A DNA stretch of 64,000 nucleotides, from NCBI GenBank assembly GCA_964035545.1, contig OZ037767.1, forward strand, positions 30,706,628-30,770,627, given 5' to 3'. Below are positions 62,343-64,000 of this stretch, piece by piece. Origin of the DNA: Bugula neritina. Lineage: Eukaryota; Animalia; Bryozoa. The notes beneath the pieces are model-generated. The model did not search any database and was not told where the DNA came from. It saw only the letters and a list, made by a program, of their open reading frames with translations. Position 1 is the first letter of the stretch. The number at the start of each line of letters is the position of its first letter. The translations under genes were made by a program, and so were the position numbers.

Positions 62343-64000
62343 TTTTAAGGTGAGCCAGACAAACGCCTTTTTAACCACCCAACTGCCTTCTAGCATTTAT
62401 CTCTAGTATCTTCGTTGATATATGTCTATTGAACATCCAAAAATATTGCAGAGTGGCCACTTCATTCGGCTACACAGTTATAACTGACTACTTTGCTCTG
62501 AAAGTTATAGAAAATAAACCACACCTGTCCAGCCAATCACAGAGGGTGAGCAAATCGTTGTAAGAATTATGCCCACAACAGACTACAGTTGACACTCAAC
62601 TGTGAATGCGTTTTTGGAGGCTAAACTTTGAACTCAGTGACATGAAGCTAGTAATTTTGAATAAGTGAAACTAGTAAATTACTATAAAAATAAATAGTAA
62701 ATCTGATTGAATTATGCTAGTAAATCTCAATAAATTGCGCTAAATTTGATTTTTGGTTGCTGTGGATCCAGCAGAAACTAAGCTACAGGATTCCTATTGG
62801 TTAAAAGTTTACTACAGGGCTAGAGACAGTTAGCTTTCAGCATTTGTAGTGAACTGTAGTGTGACCAGCAAAAAGTAGGAAGGTATGCTCCAGCAGCTCG
62901 AAAAACGAGTTCACAGTTCAGTTTCGACTGTAGTCTTTAGACCCCCATTACCCTAACTAACTCGAAGTGTTGTCACACTGAGCTGCCCCAAAGAGAAGAA
63001 ACCATATGACCAAATGTTCATATCTTGGACTTTTGCAAAACTCTTTAGAAGGAGATTAATACATCTGGTTTTCCTCCTCAGTTCATGAAGCTGTAGGCAG
63101 AGGCTCTGCAGAGGCTTTTAATTAATTAATGATGTAAGTACCAACTCCTGAGTTACTCTTGAGCCTACTTAGCCTTATGCTTAGCGAATTAAAATAAGCT
63201 TATTTTATATAAAATTTCATATTTGCTAAGAGTAAGAGTAAGCACAGTATTATATTATTATTATTATTAATCATAATACTATTATGAAATTGAATATAAT
63301 AATAAATATAATAATTTATTATCCTTTTTATTATACTAATATTTAGTTTTACGAATACAAATTAAAATATAATATGATTATGATATTTCCTATTAATATA
63401 ATTGCAATTTAAGTTATAATTCTCATGACAAGATGAAGGTGAGTTAGACAATAAAAACCATTATGATCATGACATTGACTTATGAGTGCGGGATGCCGAT
63501 AGTCTAAGTCATACTCATAGGATAGTCCTCATTACAAAAACAGTCCAATGACAACAAGCAATGTAAATATTAAATCTTATTTTTTATGATTATCATTATG
63601 ATAACATTAATTTTAAGTGATTAACCGTTAACGGAGTCACTATCACGATGAGTATGACTATCAGTATGAGTATCACTATGGTTATGCCAACGGTGACGGG
63701 TGACCCAGACTGTGATTACTGGTCCATCAATCAGAATGTTAAACTCAATGTGAAGTATAAAACTAAAAGCTAAAACTAAAATACTAAGACTAAGAGTAAG
63801 AGTAAGAGACAGTCATAGTGATAGAGTTAGACTCATAGAGTGAGAGTCAGAGTGATTATAATTTCTTGCAATCAGCAATGTGAATGTAACTTATAGAACA
63901 TAAAATCGCAGGGTGCTGTAATCAGCAATGCAGGCAAAGATTTTTTTAAAAGTATTGTTACATTATTGCCACATACTTAGAGTTAACAGACAATATACAT

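Overview
AT-rich, intron-rich eukaryotic (animal, probably lophotrochozoan invertebrate) genomic DNA. I reconstructed eight spliced genes by hand from GT-AG boundaries with consistent phases: the 3' part of WAVE/SCAR (+), a PhyH-family 2-oxoglutarate/Fe(II) dioxygenase (-) head-to-head with a complete retinoid X receptor RXR (+), UTP11 (+), a type I membrane C-type lectin (+), myeloid leukemia factor (+), a 197-aa orphan gene (+) and an LRR-Ig membrane receptor with a C-terminal PDZ-binding motif (-). Also present: a tRNA-derived SINE with a 16-bp TSD, a 290-bp MITE, a decayed P2X7-ballast/KolX-like (Kolobok-type) remnant, and many micro- and minisatellites. Most notable observations: (1) RXR has Thr at the organotin-binding Cys432-equivalent, a divergent T-box, and DR1/DR2 elements in its own introns; (2) minisatellites repeatedly start at splice donors and copy the exon end plus donor, including a stop-free, in-frame 51-bp array in the RXR ligand-binding domain and a 58-bp microexon/mini-intron array in WAVE; (3) a degenerate period-6 'TA-S-W-S-W' sequence grammar recurs in patches just downstream of apparent promoters or first donors. 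Many ORF-track entries are repeat artefacts or antisense shadows. No database searches were run.
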